Shown here: positions 62,901 to 64,000 of the stretch, in pieces | Position numbering within the stretch: the first letter of the stretch is position 1 | Layout of the letters: each line of letters opens with the position of its first letter | Program-made: the position numbers and the translations under genes | Notes under the pieces: generated by a model | What the model was told of the DNA's origin: nothing | The model's input: the letters and a program-made list of their open reading frames with translations, nothing else | The model's database searches: none | DNA from: Callorhinchus milii | Taxonomy: Eukaryota | DNA: 64,000 nt | NCBI RefSeq assembly: GCF_018977255.1 | Contig: NW_024704745.1 | Span: 13,702,001 to 13,766,000 of the forward strand | Direction of reading: 5' to 3'

Positions 62901-63339
62901 GTTTAACATCTCATACAAAGGACGACACATGCAGCACTACACTAAATATCAGACTCCATAACGTCCACCACCCAACGTGGGGATTCAACTCTCATCTTTA
63001 AGACCCAGAGGTGCAAGTGGTACCAACTGAGCCAATCTGACACACAATGTCAATTTAAGACATCCACTGTATTATCCGATTTCAGTGACAATTTATAACA
63101 CATTTAAGAATCAGCAATATCATTCATGAATATAATCCAGGATCTCAAATCATTCTTACTTCTTGTTCCATATGGTGCTGCACAAATGCTGTATACGAGT
63201 CACATCTGTACCATGATCCATACCCACTTTCTATAAAGAGACACATTTCAAAAAAAGTTCCAACTCTCTCACATCATAGGCCTAGCCAAAGATCCATTTA
63301 AGATTATAATGGTACAAATTCATTCACAGTCACTTCCCA

Positions 63340-64000
63340 TCTTGAAATCGTTCCTCTGGGGGATGGGGAGCCAGTGGAGGCGAGCGAGGGTGGGAGTGAT
63401 GTGGTCGTGAAGCCTGGTGCGGGACAGTACACGAGCTGCAGAGTTCTGAATGACCTGCAGCTTGTGGAGGGAGGTGCCGGGAAGGCCGGCGAGGAGAGAG
63501 TTCCCATAGTCCAGCCTTGAGGTGATAAAGGAGTGGAACAGAGTTTCAGCAGCATGAGGTAGTGACGTAGTCTGGCGATGTTTCGGAGGTGATGGAAGGC
63601 GGTGCCATTGTGGCGCGGATATGAGGAAGAAAGGACATCTCAGGGTCGAACAGAACACCAAGGTTCCCGACTGGCTTTGAGAGGTGGAGAGTGCAGCCTT
63701 GGATGCTGATGCTGTCAGCACCTGAGGTGCAGAGGCGCTGACGTGAGCCAATCAGGAGGGCCTCAGTTTTGCGCACGTTGAGCTGAAGAAAGTTGTCTCT
63801 CGACCAGGACTCGATGTCGGACAGGCAGGTTGTCAGGACATCGGTGGTCGTGGAGTTGAGGGTAGAGGAGGACAGGTAGAGTTGGGTGTCATCCGCATAC
63901 ATGTGGAAGTTAACCCCATGTCTGCGGCTGATGTCACCAAGGGGGAGCATATAGAGGGTGAAGAGGAGGGGACCGAGGACAGAGCCCTGAGGGACACCAC
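63340..64000 (-). mobile_element. L2-clade LINE ORF2 (reverse transcriptase) fragment continuing off the right edge
   Basis: [21 protein letters not shown]...[13 protein letters not shown]...[11 protein letters not shown]...[10 protein letters not shown]...LHWLP, with frameshifts. Confidence 0.95.

Overview
Vertebrate genomic DNA with spliced genes and N gaps; there is no prokaryotic content. The dense tRNA-derived SINE plus L2/CR1 repeat landscape and the protein divergence suggest a cartilaginous fish, possibly a chimaera (inference only). Reading splice sites by hand gives five intron-containing genes: the 5' part of POLQ (-, running off the left edge), FBXO40 (-, ~702 aa), NDC80 (-, 16 coding exons, ~639 aa), TAF13 (+, head-to-head with NDC80 across a CpG island) and POPDC2 (-, two alternative C-termini). 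Main observations: (1) a 187-triplet, frame-preserving CAG/CAC/TAC/CTC tract lies between a MEF2/TATA motif and a splice donor at the FBXO40 5' end; depending on one 23-nt exon, its Gln/His frame either stops on the FBXO40 AUG (AUGA overlap) or fuses in frame to FBXO40. (2) Long inverted arms flank the distal POPDC2 terminal exon, and a perfect 42-bp palindrome contains the apparent proximal poly(A) signal. (3) SINE copies near CpG-island promoters show strong AT-to-GC drift. (4) CDE/CHR and tandem Sp1+E2F promoter elements are present. (5) POLQ, TAF13 and POPDC2 each carry a single-base coding deletion, most likely assembly errors. I found no convincing wholly new system; the candidates are regulatory architectures that need RNA data. 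Human comparisons are from recalled sequences, not from a search.
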